In this document: piece by piece, positions 19,234 to 28,192 of the stretch | How the letters are laid out: every line of letters starts with the position of its first letter | Numbering within the stretch: position 1 is the stretch's first letter | DNA from: an uncultured Actinomycetes bacterium | Lineage (GTDB): Bacteria; Actinomycetota; Thermoleophilia; Solirubrobacterales; Solirubrobacteraceae | Length of the DNA stretch: 64,000 nt | Assembly: GCA_963821685.1 (NCBI GenBank) | Contig: CAWGEW010000004.1 | Span: 6,244-70,243 of the forward strand | Direction of reading: 5' to 3' | The notes under the pieces: generated by a model | What the model was told of the DNA's origin: nothing | Databases searched by the model: none | Seen by the model: only the letters and a program-made list of their open reading frames with translations | Made by a program: the position numbers and the translations under genes

Positions 19234-19698
19234 ATGCGCCGACTGATCGCCGTCCTCGCCGTCGCCGGACTGCTCGCGACGCTGGCGGCGACCGGGCAAG
19301 CCGCGACATCCTCGAGCTACCGCTTCGTCGGCGGCTCGCCGATCACCTACACCAGCAACAACCAGTTCGTGGTGATCTGGCGGTTCAACAAGGCCGCACC
19401 GCGCGGCTCCAACGGGTCGATCAAGTCGGGGGCCAACATCAGCGGCGTCGGCTACACCGGCACGCCGTCGAGCGACCCCGACATCGGCTACGGCGCGTTG
19501 ACGCTCAACAAGAGCAAGAACTGCTACCAGCAGACGATCCCGGCCCAGGGCGTGCTGAAGAACGCGACCGTCGGCGCGGCCCACACCGTGACCGTGTACG
19601 TCTGGTCCAACACCGTCAAGGCCAAGTCGACGCTCAAGAAGGGCAACACGACTTCCGGGTCGACGGCCAAGTCGATGGCCAAGTCGCTCGGCTGCTGA
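19234..19698 (+). CDS. Small secreted protein of unknown function.
   Basis: Signal peptide MRRLIAVLAVAGLLATLAATGQA. The mature part is N/K/S/T-rich, which is unusual for this proteome, and has two Cys, one as the C-terminal residue. I recognise no family. Confidence 0.55.
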   Translation: MRRLIAVLAVAGLLATLAATGQAATSSSYRFVGGSPITYTSNNQFVVIWRFNKAAPRGSNGSIKSGANISGVGYTGTPSSDPDIGYGALTLNKSKNCYQQTIPAQGVLKNATVGAAHTVTVYVWSNTVKAKSTLKKGNTTSGSTAKSMAKSLGC

Positions 19699-19708
19699 CG
19701 CAGCCGGG

Positions 19709-20557
19709 CTACTTCTCGTTCTGCGCCGCCGCGGCGTGGATCCCGAGGTCTTCGAGCGTCAGCGGGTGCGCGGGTGCGTCAGTCAGCACCGTCGTGATGG
19801 TCGGCGTCAGGTCGGCTGCGACGTGCAGCAGCTCGCCGGGCGCGAGCGGCGTCCAGTTCCCGTCGGTGGTCATCGCCTCTGACGCGACGGCGATCCCCGG
19901 CGCGGGAACGTCGACGCCGAAGCGCAGGCGGCGGCGACGATCACGGTGCTCGGCGACGGGCGCCTCGCGCTCGTCGAGCCACAGCAGATCGTGGGTGTCC
20001 GGGTAGCGCAGCGCCCACAGCTCGCGGTCGTTGGCGAGCAGGATGTTGACGGCGTAGAGCGGCAGCGTCGCGGCGATCCAGGTCGTCGCGGCGACGATGC
20101 CGGCGGTGACGTCGCCGCCGTGGTCGTCGATCTCCTGCGTGATCAGCGCGAGGACACGCTCGGAGTCGGTCTCGCCGCCGATCCCGGCGAGGTATTCCGG
20201 ACGTAGCCGTGCCTCGAGCACGTCGAGCCCGTGCACGACGCCGTTGTGGGCGAAGATCCGCCCGCTGCGCGTGAACGGGTGCGTGTTGCGCTCGAGGTTC
20301 GCGCCGTTGGTCGCGAAGCGGACGTGTGCGACGAAGATCCGCGAGCGCAGCTCGTGCGCCTCCTGCGGGAACGCGCGGTCCTCGTAGGCGGCCTTCGCGC
20401 GCCGGATGACGTGCGGGTTGCCCTCCTTGTCGAAGCTCCCGATGCCGTAGCCGTCGGGCTCCTTGCGGCTCTGCGCCTCGAGGCTGTCGGGCGCCTCGAG
20501 CAGCCCGAACGTCGCGGGGTACGGCTCGGCGGAGACGCGGGCGAACAGGCGGCACAT
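19709..20557 (-). CDS. Class II (Ntn-type) glutamine amidotransferase family protein (YafJ/EgtC-like).
   Basis: MCRLFARVSAEP... with the Cys2 nucleophile, then ...HVRFATNGANLERNTHPF...IFAHNGVVHG. Intact 282 aa. It starts 2 nt after the upstream hydratase stop. Confidence 0.8.
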   Translation of the reverse strand: MCRLFARVSAEPYPATFGLLEAPDSLEAQSRKEPDGYGIGSFDKEGNPHVIRRAKAAYEDRAFPQEAHELRSRIFVAHVRFATNGANLERNTHPFTRSGRIFAHNGVVHGLDVLEARLRPEYLAGIGGETDSERVLALITQEIDDHGGDVTAGIVAATTWIAATLPLYAVNILLANDRELWALRYPDTHDLLWLDEREAPVAEHRDRRRRLRFGVDVPAPGIAVASEAMTTDGNWTPLAPGELLHVAADLTPTITTVLTDAPAHPLTLEDLGIHAAAAQNEK

Positions 20558-20558
20558 G

Positions 20559-21419
20559 TCAGGAGAACCTCCGCTCGTCCCACCAGGGGAAGAAGTCCGG
20601 CATGCCGTCGCTGACCTGCATCGGGAACTCGGCGGGCCGCTTCTCCAGGAACGCCATCACGCCTTCGATCGCGTCGGGTGAGGCGCCGCGCACGGCGATC
20701 CCGCGCGAGTCGATCTTGTGCGCCTCCATCGGGTGGTCGGCGCCGGTCATCCGCCACAGCATCTGCCGCGTCAGCGCGACCGAGACGGGCGCTGCGTTCT
20801 CCGCGATCTCACGCGCCAGCGCGTAGGCCGCCGGGAGCAGGTCGTCCGGCTCGTGGACGCTGCGCACCAGCCCGCCGTCGAGCGCCTCCTGCGCGTCGAA
20901 GATGCGGCCGGTCTCACACCACTCGAGCGCCTTGCTGATCCCGACGATCCGCGGCAGGAACCAGCTCGATGCCGCCTCGGGGACGATGCCGCGGCGCGCG
21001 AAGACGAGGCCGAAGCGCGCGTTCGTCGAGGCGAGCCGCATGTCCATCGGCAGCTGCATCGTCACGCCGACGCCGACCGCAGGGCCGTTGATCGCGCCGA
21101 TCACGGGCTTCAGGCACTCGAAGATCCGCAGCGTGACGAGCCCGCCGCCGTCGCGGTGCTGCTGCTCCTCACCCTCGGCGTAGCTGAACGTGTCACCGCC
21201 GCCCGACAGGTCCGCTCCGGCGCAGAAGCCGCGACCCGCGCCGGTCACGACGACGGCGCGGACGTCGTCATCGGCGTCGACGTGGTCGAACACGTCGATC
21301 AGCTCGAGCGCCATCGTCGCGGTGAACGCGTTGAGCTTGTCCGGGCGGTTCAGCGTGATCGTCGCGACGTTGTCGGCGACGGCATACGCGATGTGCTCGT
21401 AGGACGCTGGGTCGGTCAT
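20559..21419 (-). CDS. Enoyl-CoA hydratase/isomerase family protein.
   Basis: From ATG 21419: MTDPASYEHIAYAVADNVATITLNRPDKLNAF...GRGFCAGADLS...NGPAVGVGVTMQLPMDMRLAS...IEGVMAFLEKRPAEF. The listed ORF extension to 21605 is unsupported. Confidence 0.88.
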   Translation of the reverse strand: MTDPASYEHIAYAVADNVATITLNRPDKLNAFTATMALELIDVFDHVDADDDVRAVVVTGAGRGFCAGADLSGGGDTFSYAEGEEQQHRDGGGLVTLRIFECLKPVIGAINGPAVGVGVTMQLPMDMRLASTNARFGLVFARRGIVPEAASSWFLPRIVGISKALEWCETGRIFDAQEALDGGLVRSVHEPDDLLPAAYALAREIAENAAPVSVALTRQMLWRMTGADHPMEAHKIDSRGIAVRGASPDAIEGVMAFLEKRPAEFPMQVSDGMPDFFPWWDERRFS

Positions 21420-21453
21420 GTGCGGCAGCCTACGTCGGCTGCCGCACGGGCGG

Positions 21454-22922
21454 TCAGCCGGGTCGGCGCACAGTGCGCGTCGCGATGCCCTGCCGGTTGC
21501 GCGAGGTCGCGACGAGTCGCAGTGCGCGACCGTTCGAGCCCGCCAGCGCAAGCGCCGTGGGGGAGAGGCGAAGTCGCGCCGTGACCGTGCGTCCGCCGTC
21601 GGCATCGAACGTGGCGCTGCCGATCAGCGAGCCCTTCGCCGTGCGCACCCGCACGCGGCCTTCGCAGATGCCTGCGCGCCGCGGGCAGGAGACGAGGATG
21701 CGCAGCACGTTGCCGCGGATCTTGACGCCGGCGATGCGGACCTGCGAACCGCTCGCGCTCGCGCCGAGGACGGTCCCGCTCGGGGCGGCGGGGCCGGTTG
21801 CACCGGTTGCTCCCGTCGCTCCGGTTGCGCCCGGGGCGCCGGTCGCTCCCGTGGCGCCCGCGGCTCCGCGGCTCCGCCGGGGCCTGTCGCACCCGTTGCT
21901 CCGGTGCCGCCATCAGCTCCGGCGGGACCCGTGGGTCCGGTGGGTCCGGTCGGGCCGGTGGGACCTGTCGGGCCGGTGGGTCCGGTCGGGCCGGTGGGAC
22001 CTGCCGGGCCGGTGGGACCTGTCGGGCCCTGGTTCGGATCCGGCGGCGCGATCGCGTCCGATGAGCTGACGGAGAAGTCGTCGAGCAGGAAGCCCTGGCC
22101 GGCAAGCGGCGGCTGCGCTGTGCCCGATGTGCGCAGCAGGACGGCGTCCGTGAGCGACGGCAGGTTGCCTCCGCCGGCGGCCTCGTCGTCGTTGCGGTCG
22201 TAGTTCTCCCACGTCGTCCCGACGATCTGCGGCTCGAGCATGTCGTCGACGTAGAGCTCGGCGATGTCGTTGTCGGGTCCCTCGACGTAGTAGATGACGA
22301 GCTTCACCTTGTGCGACGTCGCGCGGCTGAGATTGCGCACCGTCTGTTGGACGAAGTTGACGTGGTACCCGCCGCCGGACAGGGTGACCGTCGGATCGGG
22401 CGTGTCGATGAAGTCGACCGCGAGCCCGGTCGGGGTGTCGCGCAGGCGCAGGAAGCTCATGCGCGCGCCGTCCCCGCGGTCGGGGCTGACCGTCGTCGCG
22501 AGGCCGGTCTGCTCGGCGCCGGGCAGCGCCGAAGCGAACGTGAATGCGACCTCGAAGCGGTTGTGCCGCGGCGCGAGCTCATCAGCCTGTCCGCCGCCCA
22601 CGGCGACGGACTCACCCGCGGGCTCCGCCAGCGATGGCGAGAACGTCTGGTCGCCGAACGAGCCGGACGTGACGGCGTTCGACACCCGCAGGCTCTGCGC
22701 GCCGAACGCGCCGGGTGCCTGCAGCGGAAGCACGAACGACGGGTTGTCGGAGATGGCGACGTCGTACCCGCCGAGCTTGGCCCAGCCCTGCTGGCCGTTG
22801 ATCGAGCCAGGGGCGAACGGAGCCTCGAAGCTCGTTGAATACGAGTCCGCGAATGCAGCGGGGACGAGGGCAAGCAGCAGCAGCGCGCTGAGCGCGCCGG
22901 CGAGGGCGGGGCGGATGGGCAT
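21454..22922 (-). pseudogene. Secreted collagen-like (G-X-Y) repeat protein with one 1-nt deletion inside the repeat, near 21868.
   Basis: Signal peptide [26 protein letters not shown] globular N-domain of about 280 aa is followed by [53 protein letters not shown]. After the shift the repeat continues ([26 protein letters not shown]) into the C-terminal module ...[59 protein letters not shown]... (ORF 21454-21708). Confidence 0.8.
21790..22031 (-). repeat. Collagen-like G-X-Y coding repeat of about 27 triplets (9-nt periodic DNA).
   Basis: ggtgggtccggtcgggccggtgggacctgtcgggcc... is repeated. It translates as (GPT)n and then (GAT)n on the minus strand. Confidence 0.85.
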
Positions 22923-22996
22923 TCAGTCCTCTACGTCACGGAGGGCGCAACACCTGCTTTCGCGCGCGCCGCGGCGGTCGTAGTCTGAGAAGGGTC

Positions 22997-24510
22997 ATGA
23001 CGCTTGCTCCCACAGATCTGCAGACCATCGGGCACTGGATCGACGGTGCCCCGGACGCTGAACGCCGAGCGCTTCGGCGACGTCTACGACCCGGCGACGG
23101 GACAGGTCGCGCGCACGGGTCGCGCTGGCCTCCGTCGCCGATGTCGACCGCGTCGCGCGGTCGGCGCGCGCCGCGTTCGTGGAGTGGAGCGCCGCGTCGC
23201 TGGCGAAGCGCACGACCGTGCTGTTCGCCTATCGCGAGCTGCTGACGGCGCGCCGCGACGATCTCGCCCGGATCATCACGAGCGAGCACGGGAAGACGTT
23301 CGACGACGCACGCGGCGAGGTGCAGCGCGGCCTCGAGGTGGTCGAGTTCGCCTGCGGCATCGCGCACCTGATGAAGGGCGAGGGGTCCGAGCAGATCTCC
23401 ACGCGCGTCGACTCGACGAGCCATCGCCAGCCGCTCGGCGTCGTCGCCGGGATCACGCCGTTCAACTTCCCGGCGATGGTCCCGATGTGGATGTACCCGC
23501 TCGCGCTCGCGTGCGGCAACGCGTTCATCCTCAAGCCGAGCGAGAAGGACCCGTCAGCCGCGGTGTTCGTGGCCGAGTTGCTCGCCGAGGCCGGGCTGCC
23601 CGCCGGCGTCTTCAGCGTCGTCCACGGCGACAAGGTCGCGGTCGACGCGCTGCTGACGCACCCCGAGATCGACGCCGTGTCGTTCGTCGGGTCGACGCCG
23701 GTCGCCCGCCACATCTACGAGACGGCGACCGCGCACGGCAAGCGCGCGCAGGCGCTCGGCGGCGCGAAGAACCACGCGCTCGTGCTGCCCGACGCGAACC
23801 TCGACGTCGCCGCCGACGCGATCGCGTCGGCCGCGTTCGGCAGCGCCGGCCAGCGCTGCATGGCGATCAGCGCCGTCGTCACCGTCGGCGACGAGACCGC
23901 CGACGCGCTCGCGGCGAAGGTCGTCGAGCGCGCGCGCGCGATGACGGTCGGCCCGGGCGCCGACCCGCAGAGCGAGATGGGCCCGGTGATCAGCGCGCAG
24001 GCGCGCGAGCGCGTGACCACCTACGTCGGTCGCGGAGCCGACGAGGGTGCACAGGTCGCACTCGACGGGCGTGAGCTCACGGTCGCCGGTCACGACGCGG
24101 GCTTCTTCGTCGGCCCGTCGGTGCTCGATCACGTGACCGAGGAGATGAGCGTCTACACGGACGAGGTCTTCGGGCCGCTGCTCGTGATGCTGCGCGCCGA
24201 GTCATTCGACGCCGGCCTCGAGCTGATCAACCGCAACCCGTACGGCAACGGCGCGGCGATCTTCACCGCCGACGGCGGCGCGGCGCGCGAGTTCCGCCAC
24301 CGCGTCACGGCCGGGATGGTCGGCATCAACGTGCCGATCCCGGTGCCGATGGCCTACTACTCGTTCGGCGGCTGGAAGGACTCACTGTTCGGCGACCTGC
24401 ACGTGCACGGCCGCGAGGGCGTGCTGTTCTACACGCGCGGCAAGGTCGTCACCGAGCGCTGGCCACAGCGCGCTTCCGGCACCGACTACGGGTTTCCCAC
24501 ACAGACCTAG
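22997..24510 (+). pseudogene. mmsA: Methylmalonate-semialdehyde dehydrogenase (CoA-acylating) with two +1 frameshifts in the first 150 nt or so.
   Basis: MTLAPTDLQTIGHWIDGA / ...RTLNAERFGDVYDPATGQVAR / ...VADVDRVARSARAAFVEWSAASLAKRTTVLF...PFNFPAMVPMWMYPLALACGNAFILKPSEKDP...GSAGQRCMA...NVPIPVPMAYYSFGGWKDSLFGD. The last 443 aa are intact. Confidence 0.88.
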
Positions 24511-24511
24511 A

Positions 24512-24540
24512 CGTCAGGCGGTGACTCGCGGCGCCTGACG
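24512..24540 (+). terminator. Hairpin immediately after the mmsA stop.
   Basis: cgtcaggcg (24512-24520) pairs with cgcctgacg (24532-24540) around an 11-nt loop. It starts 2 nt after TAG 24508-24510 and lies between convergent genes. Confidence 0.5.
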
Positions 24541-24624
24541 CCACCCGGCGGCGCCGGGATGGCCATGCGGCCGATCCCGACGCGCCGTGCGGCGCCATGC
24601 ATCCGCGATTCATCCGCCTGGCCC

Positions 24625-25083
24625 TCAGGATGTCGAGCAGCCAGGCGCGCGGCGGCTGTCGCCGCGATCGAAGCTCTGCGCCACGATCGTGCGCGTTGCC
24701 ACGAGTTTGCGTGGGCTCGTGCTCCCGATGCCCGCCCGTGAATAGAACTTCACCGTGTATCTGTGGCGAGCCCGGAGCGCGCTGTCTCCGCTGTGCGTGA
24801 CGACGGTCGAGCGCACGCAGTTGTGTCCCGCGATGCGGTAGCTGCGGCCCGAGCGGCCGTCGACGCTGGCGACGAGCAGGCGCGGGTTGACCTTCGGCGT
24901 CGTCTGGAAGACCACCCAGGCTGCAGGTGTGTCCGCTCCGGCGGGAGTCGAAGCCACATAGAGCTTGGCTCCCGCGGCGATCGTGACGTCCGGCGGTGTC
25001 GCTGCGCCTGCCGAGGCCGCGAACGCCGTGACGGCGAACAGCAGCGCAGCGAGGGCAGTGGTGGTGCGATGGATCATGTTCAT
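24625..25083 (-). CDS. Small secreted protein of unknown function.
   Basis: ATG 25083 is preceded by an aggag SD. Signal peptide MNMIHRTTTALAALLFAVTAFAASAGA. 152 aa, with no family recognised. It lies 157 nt downstream of the response-regulator gene on the same strand. Confidence 0.55.
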   Translation of the reverse strand: MNMIHRTTTALAALLFAVTAFAASAGAATPPDVTIAAGAKLYVASTPAGADTPAAWVVFQTTPKVNPRLLVASVDGRSGRSYRIAGHNCVRSTVVTHSGDSALRARHRYTVKFYSRAGIGSTSPRKLVATRTIVAQSFDRGDSRRAPGCSTS

Positions 25084-25240
25084 GCTCCTGACTTGATGGG
25101 GTTCGGTATAGACGCGGAGCGGCGCCAAAACGCGACACCGCCACACGTGATTCCCGAAGCTACGAGCGCAGCGGGGCGCGCACATCGCCCTCGAGCCGGA
25201 TTCAGGCTCCCCACAGCGGATGATCTTTGGCCGCCGGCGA

Positions 25241-25930
25241 TCAGGCGGCGGGGCGAGGAGCATCGGGTGCGCCGGGCGTGACGAGCCCGGTCTCGTACGC
25301 CAGCACCACCACCTGGATGCGGTCGCGCAGGTGCAGCTTCATCAGCACCCGGGCGACGTGCGTCTTGACGGTCGCGTCGCTCACGACCAGCTCGCCGGCG
25401 ATCTCCGCGTTCGACATCCCGCGCGCGACGAGCATGAAGACCTCGAGCTCGCGCGTCGTGAGCTCCTCGAGCTCGGCGGGCGGCTCCGGGGCCGGCGCGT
25501 GCTTGCCGAACTCCTCGATCAGGCGACGCGTGACCGTGGGCGCCAGCAGCGCCTCGCCGCCGGCGACGACGTGCACGCCGGCGACGAGCTGCTCGGCGGG
25601 CACGTCCTTCAGCAGGAAGCCGCTGGCGCCGGCGCGCAGCGCCTCGTAGACGTACTCGTTGAGGTCGAACGTGGTCAGCACGAGGATCCGGATCGGCGGC
25701 TCGTGCGCCTTGGCGAGGATCCGCCGGGTGGCCTCGAGCCCGTCGATGCCGGGCATGCGGATGTCCATCAGGACGACGTCGGGCCGCAGCGTCTCGGCCA
25801 GCTCGACGGCCTCCAGGCCGTCGCTCGCCTCGCCGACGATGCTGAGCGACTCCTCCTCGTCGAGGATCATCCGGAAGCCGGTGCGGACGAGCTCCTGGTC
25901 GTCGGCGATGAGGACGCGGACAGGGGTCAT
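25241..25930 (-). CDS. NarL/FixJ (LuxR-type HTH) response regulator.
   Basis: MTPVRVLIADDQELVRTGFRMIL...DVVLMDIRMPGIDGLEATRRI...LTTRELEVFMLVARGMSNAEIAGELVVSDATVKTHVARVLMKL. Intact. Its ATG overlaps a TGA (ATGA at 25927-25930). Confidence 0.9.
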   Translation of the reverse strand: MTPVRVLIADDQELVRTGFRMILDEEESLSIVGEASDGLEAVELAETLRPDVVLMDIRMPGIDGLEATRRILAKAHEPPIRILVLTTFDLNEYVYEALRAGASGFLLKDVPAEQLVAGVHVVAGGEALLAPTVTRRLIEEFGKHAPAPEPPAELEELTTRELEVFMLVARGMSNAEIAGELVVSDATVKTHVARVLMKLHLRDRIQVVVLAYETGLVTPGAPDAPRPAA

Positions 25931-27160
25931 GCGGTCTGGGCCTCCTGCGGCGCGCGGTCGACGGGGTGGGGGTGGGGGGCGGCAGGGTGCGCGGGAGCCG
26001 CGCGCGGACATGGAAGCCGCCGCCGCGGACGGCGCCGGTCTCGAGCTCGCCGCCGGCCAGCGCGGCGCGTTCGCGCATGCCGATCGAGGCCCTGGCCGGA
26101 CGAGGGGATCGCCGCGGCGTCCGCCGGTGCGCCCGCGGCCGGTGTCGCGCACGTCGATCACGAGCGCGTCCGGCTCCCAGCGGAGCAGCACCGAGGGCGT
26201 GCGCGTGCCCGGCGTGCTTGAGCGTGTTCGTGAGCGCCTCCTGCACGATGCGGTAGGCCGCGAGGTCGGTGCTGCTCGGCAGCGATCCCGGCTCGCCCTC
26301 GACGCGCAGGTCGAGCTGCAGGCCGGCGGCGCGGGCGCGGTTCGCGAGCTCGTCGACGCGCGCGATCGACGGCGCGGGGCGCAGCTCCGGCGCCGCCGCC
26401 GTCGGGGCGCAGGAAGCCGAGCGTGCGGCGCAGCTCGCCGAGCGCCTCACGGCCGACGCTCTGCACGGTGCGCAGCGCGGCCGCCGACTCCTGCGGGCGA
26501 GCGCGCGAGCACGCGCCGCGCCGCGCCCGCCTGGATCACCATCGCCGAGACGCTGTGGGCGACGACGTCGTGCAGCTCGCGCGCGATCCGCGCCCGCTCG
26601 CGGGCGACCGCCGCCTGCGCGAGCTCGTCACGCTCACGCTCGAGCTGGCGCGTCTGCAGCTCGAGGCGTTCGGGCGACCTGTGCGCGCCCGTGGACGAGC
26701 CGGCCGACGAACCAGCCCGAGAGGAAGATGAGCGAGGGGAAGATGTAGTCGTCGGAGCTCGCGCGTTCGCGGCTCGTGAGGTTCGACCGGACGCACGACG
26801 GCGGGGAGGGAGCGCGCCGAGCCAGTAGGTGCGCGGCGCGTCGGCGTATGCGCCGGCGCGAAGGCGCCGACGCGAGGTCACCATCGGCGCGAACAGCTCC
26901 TGCACGTCCGCGCCGAGCAGGTGGACCGCGAGCAGGATCGCGATCATGCCCAGCAGCGCCGCGATCGCGTGACGTCGCATGAACAGCAGCGGCAGCGGGC
27001 TGATCGTCATCGCCACCACGACGATCGAGGGGTGAGCGCCGAGCTCGCTCGCCGGCGCGGTCAGCGTCTCGACCAGCACGACGATCATCAGCAGCGCGAC
27101 GATCACGATCTCGGGCACGCCGATCTGCTGGCGGCGCGCGGCGGCGGCGAGGCGGCTCAC
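25927..27160 (-). pseudogene. Sensor histidine kinase (HisKA_3 / HATPase_c, NarL-partner type) with many frameshifts.
   Basis: Fragments in all three frames: VSRLAAAARRQQIGVPEIVIVALLMIVVLVETL...MTISPLPLLFMRRHAIAALLGMIAILLAV (TM region) / DDYIFPSLIFLSGWFVGR / ERLELQTRQLERERDELAQAAVARERARIARELHDVVAHSVSAMVIQ / VQSVGREALGELRRTLGFLR / VDELANRARAAGLQLDLRVEGEPGSLPSSTDLAAYRIVQEALTNTLKHA / LLRWEPDALVIDVRDTGRG / GMRERAALAGGELETGAVRGGGFHVRARLP. The end at TGA 25927 is assumed. Confidence 0.75.
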
Positions 27161-27968
27161 GTCGAGCGCCCCGTCGTCGAGCAGCAGGGCCTCGTCGTCC
27201 TGTCGCAGCACGCCGAGCAGGCGCCGCGTCTCCGTCAGCGCGGCCCGGCCGGTCGTCTCGACCTGCGCGATCGCCTGGTCGGCGCCGTCGCGGCCGCTCA
27301 GCGCGAGCCGCTCGGCCGCCTGTGCCTGAACCACCATGACGCTCACGTCGTGGGCGATCAGGTCGTGCAGGTCGCGCGCGATCCGCGCGCGCTCGGAGAT
27401 GACCGCTGCGGCGGCGCGCGCGTCGCGGTTGGCGTCGAGCTCCCGCGCCTGGAGCTCGAGGCGCTGGGCCGCCGCGGCGTGCCAGGCCAGCAGCCGCCCG
27501 CCGGCGGCGCCGAAGCCGACGCGGGATGAGGAGGATGAAGCTGATCGAGTCTGCGGCGTCCGACGGGCTCGTGGATGACGATCGCGAGCGGGAAGAGCAG
27601 GATCACCAGCGGGCAGCGTTCGCACGAACGTGCGGTGGTCGGTGTTCGCCGCCCAGATCACGGGCAGCACGAAGTACGGGACCAGCAGCAGCAGGTTGTC
27701 CGCGTCGAGGTCGCTCCCGAGCAGCACGGCGACGGTCAGCGCGAGCGAGAACCCGAGGATCGCCGCCGTCGGCCGGCGGCGCGCGTAGGCGACGGCAGAC
27801 GCCCGCCGCGATCGTTGCCAGCACGCGTCGCCGCGAGGGCGTCGATGTCGCCGCGCTGCACGAGCAGCAGGGGGATCGACAGCACGACCAGGAGAACGCC
27901 GCAGACGGCGAGCACGCCGTCCGCGTCCGCGCCGCGGACACGCTCAGGATCGATCCCGGGCGGGCCAC
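27161..27968 (-). pseudogene. Truncated histidine-kinase paralogue with TM region and HisKA_3 dimerisation/phosphoacceptor domain only. It runs in frame into the next kinase and carries several frameshifts.
   Basis: GVLAVCGVLLVVLSIPLLLVQRGDIDALAATR / VLATIAAGV / AVAYARRRPTAAILGFSLALTVAVLLGSDLDADNLLLLVPYFVLPVIW / ILLFPLAIVIHE / LAWHAAAAQRLELQARELDANRDARAAAAVISERARIARDLHDLIAHDVSVMVVQAQAA...TGRAALTETRRLLGVLR. No ATPase domain follows. The start is uncertain (27915-27968). Confidence 0.55.
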
Positions 27969-28192
27969 GGACTGACCGTAACCCAGCGCCGTGGCCTGCG
28001 CATCGCCTCAGCGGGGGATCGCGCTTCTCATCCTCGGGGATGACACGAGATCGCCCGCTGTGCAGGCGGATTTCGCCCCGGCGGCCGACGACGCGGGCGC
28101 CTGCGGCGGCGCAGCATCGCCGCATCGTTCACCAATCGCTTTCCAGGAGGCACCACACACCATGTTCCACATCGACTCTCGATCCCCCGCCG

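Noticed and set aside
21790-22031. Short periodic DNA repeats considered as a CRISPR array or non-coding VNTR.
   Set aside because: The period is 9 nt with no spacers, and it translates perfectly as G-X-Y collagen triplets inside a signal-peptide protein. It is coding, not CRISPR.
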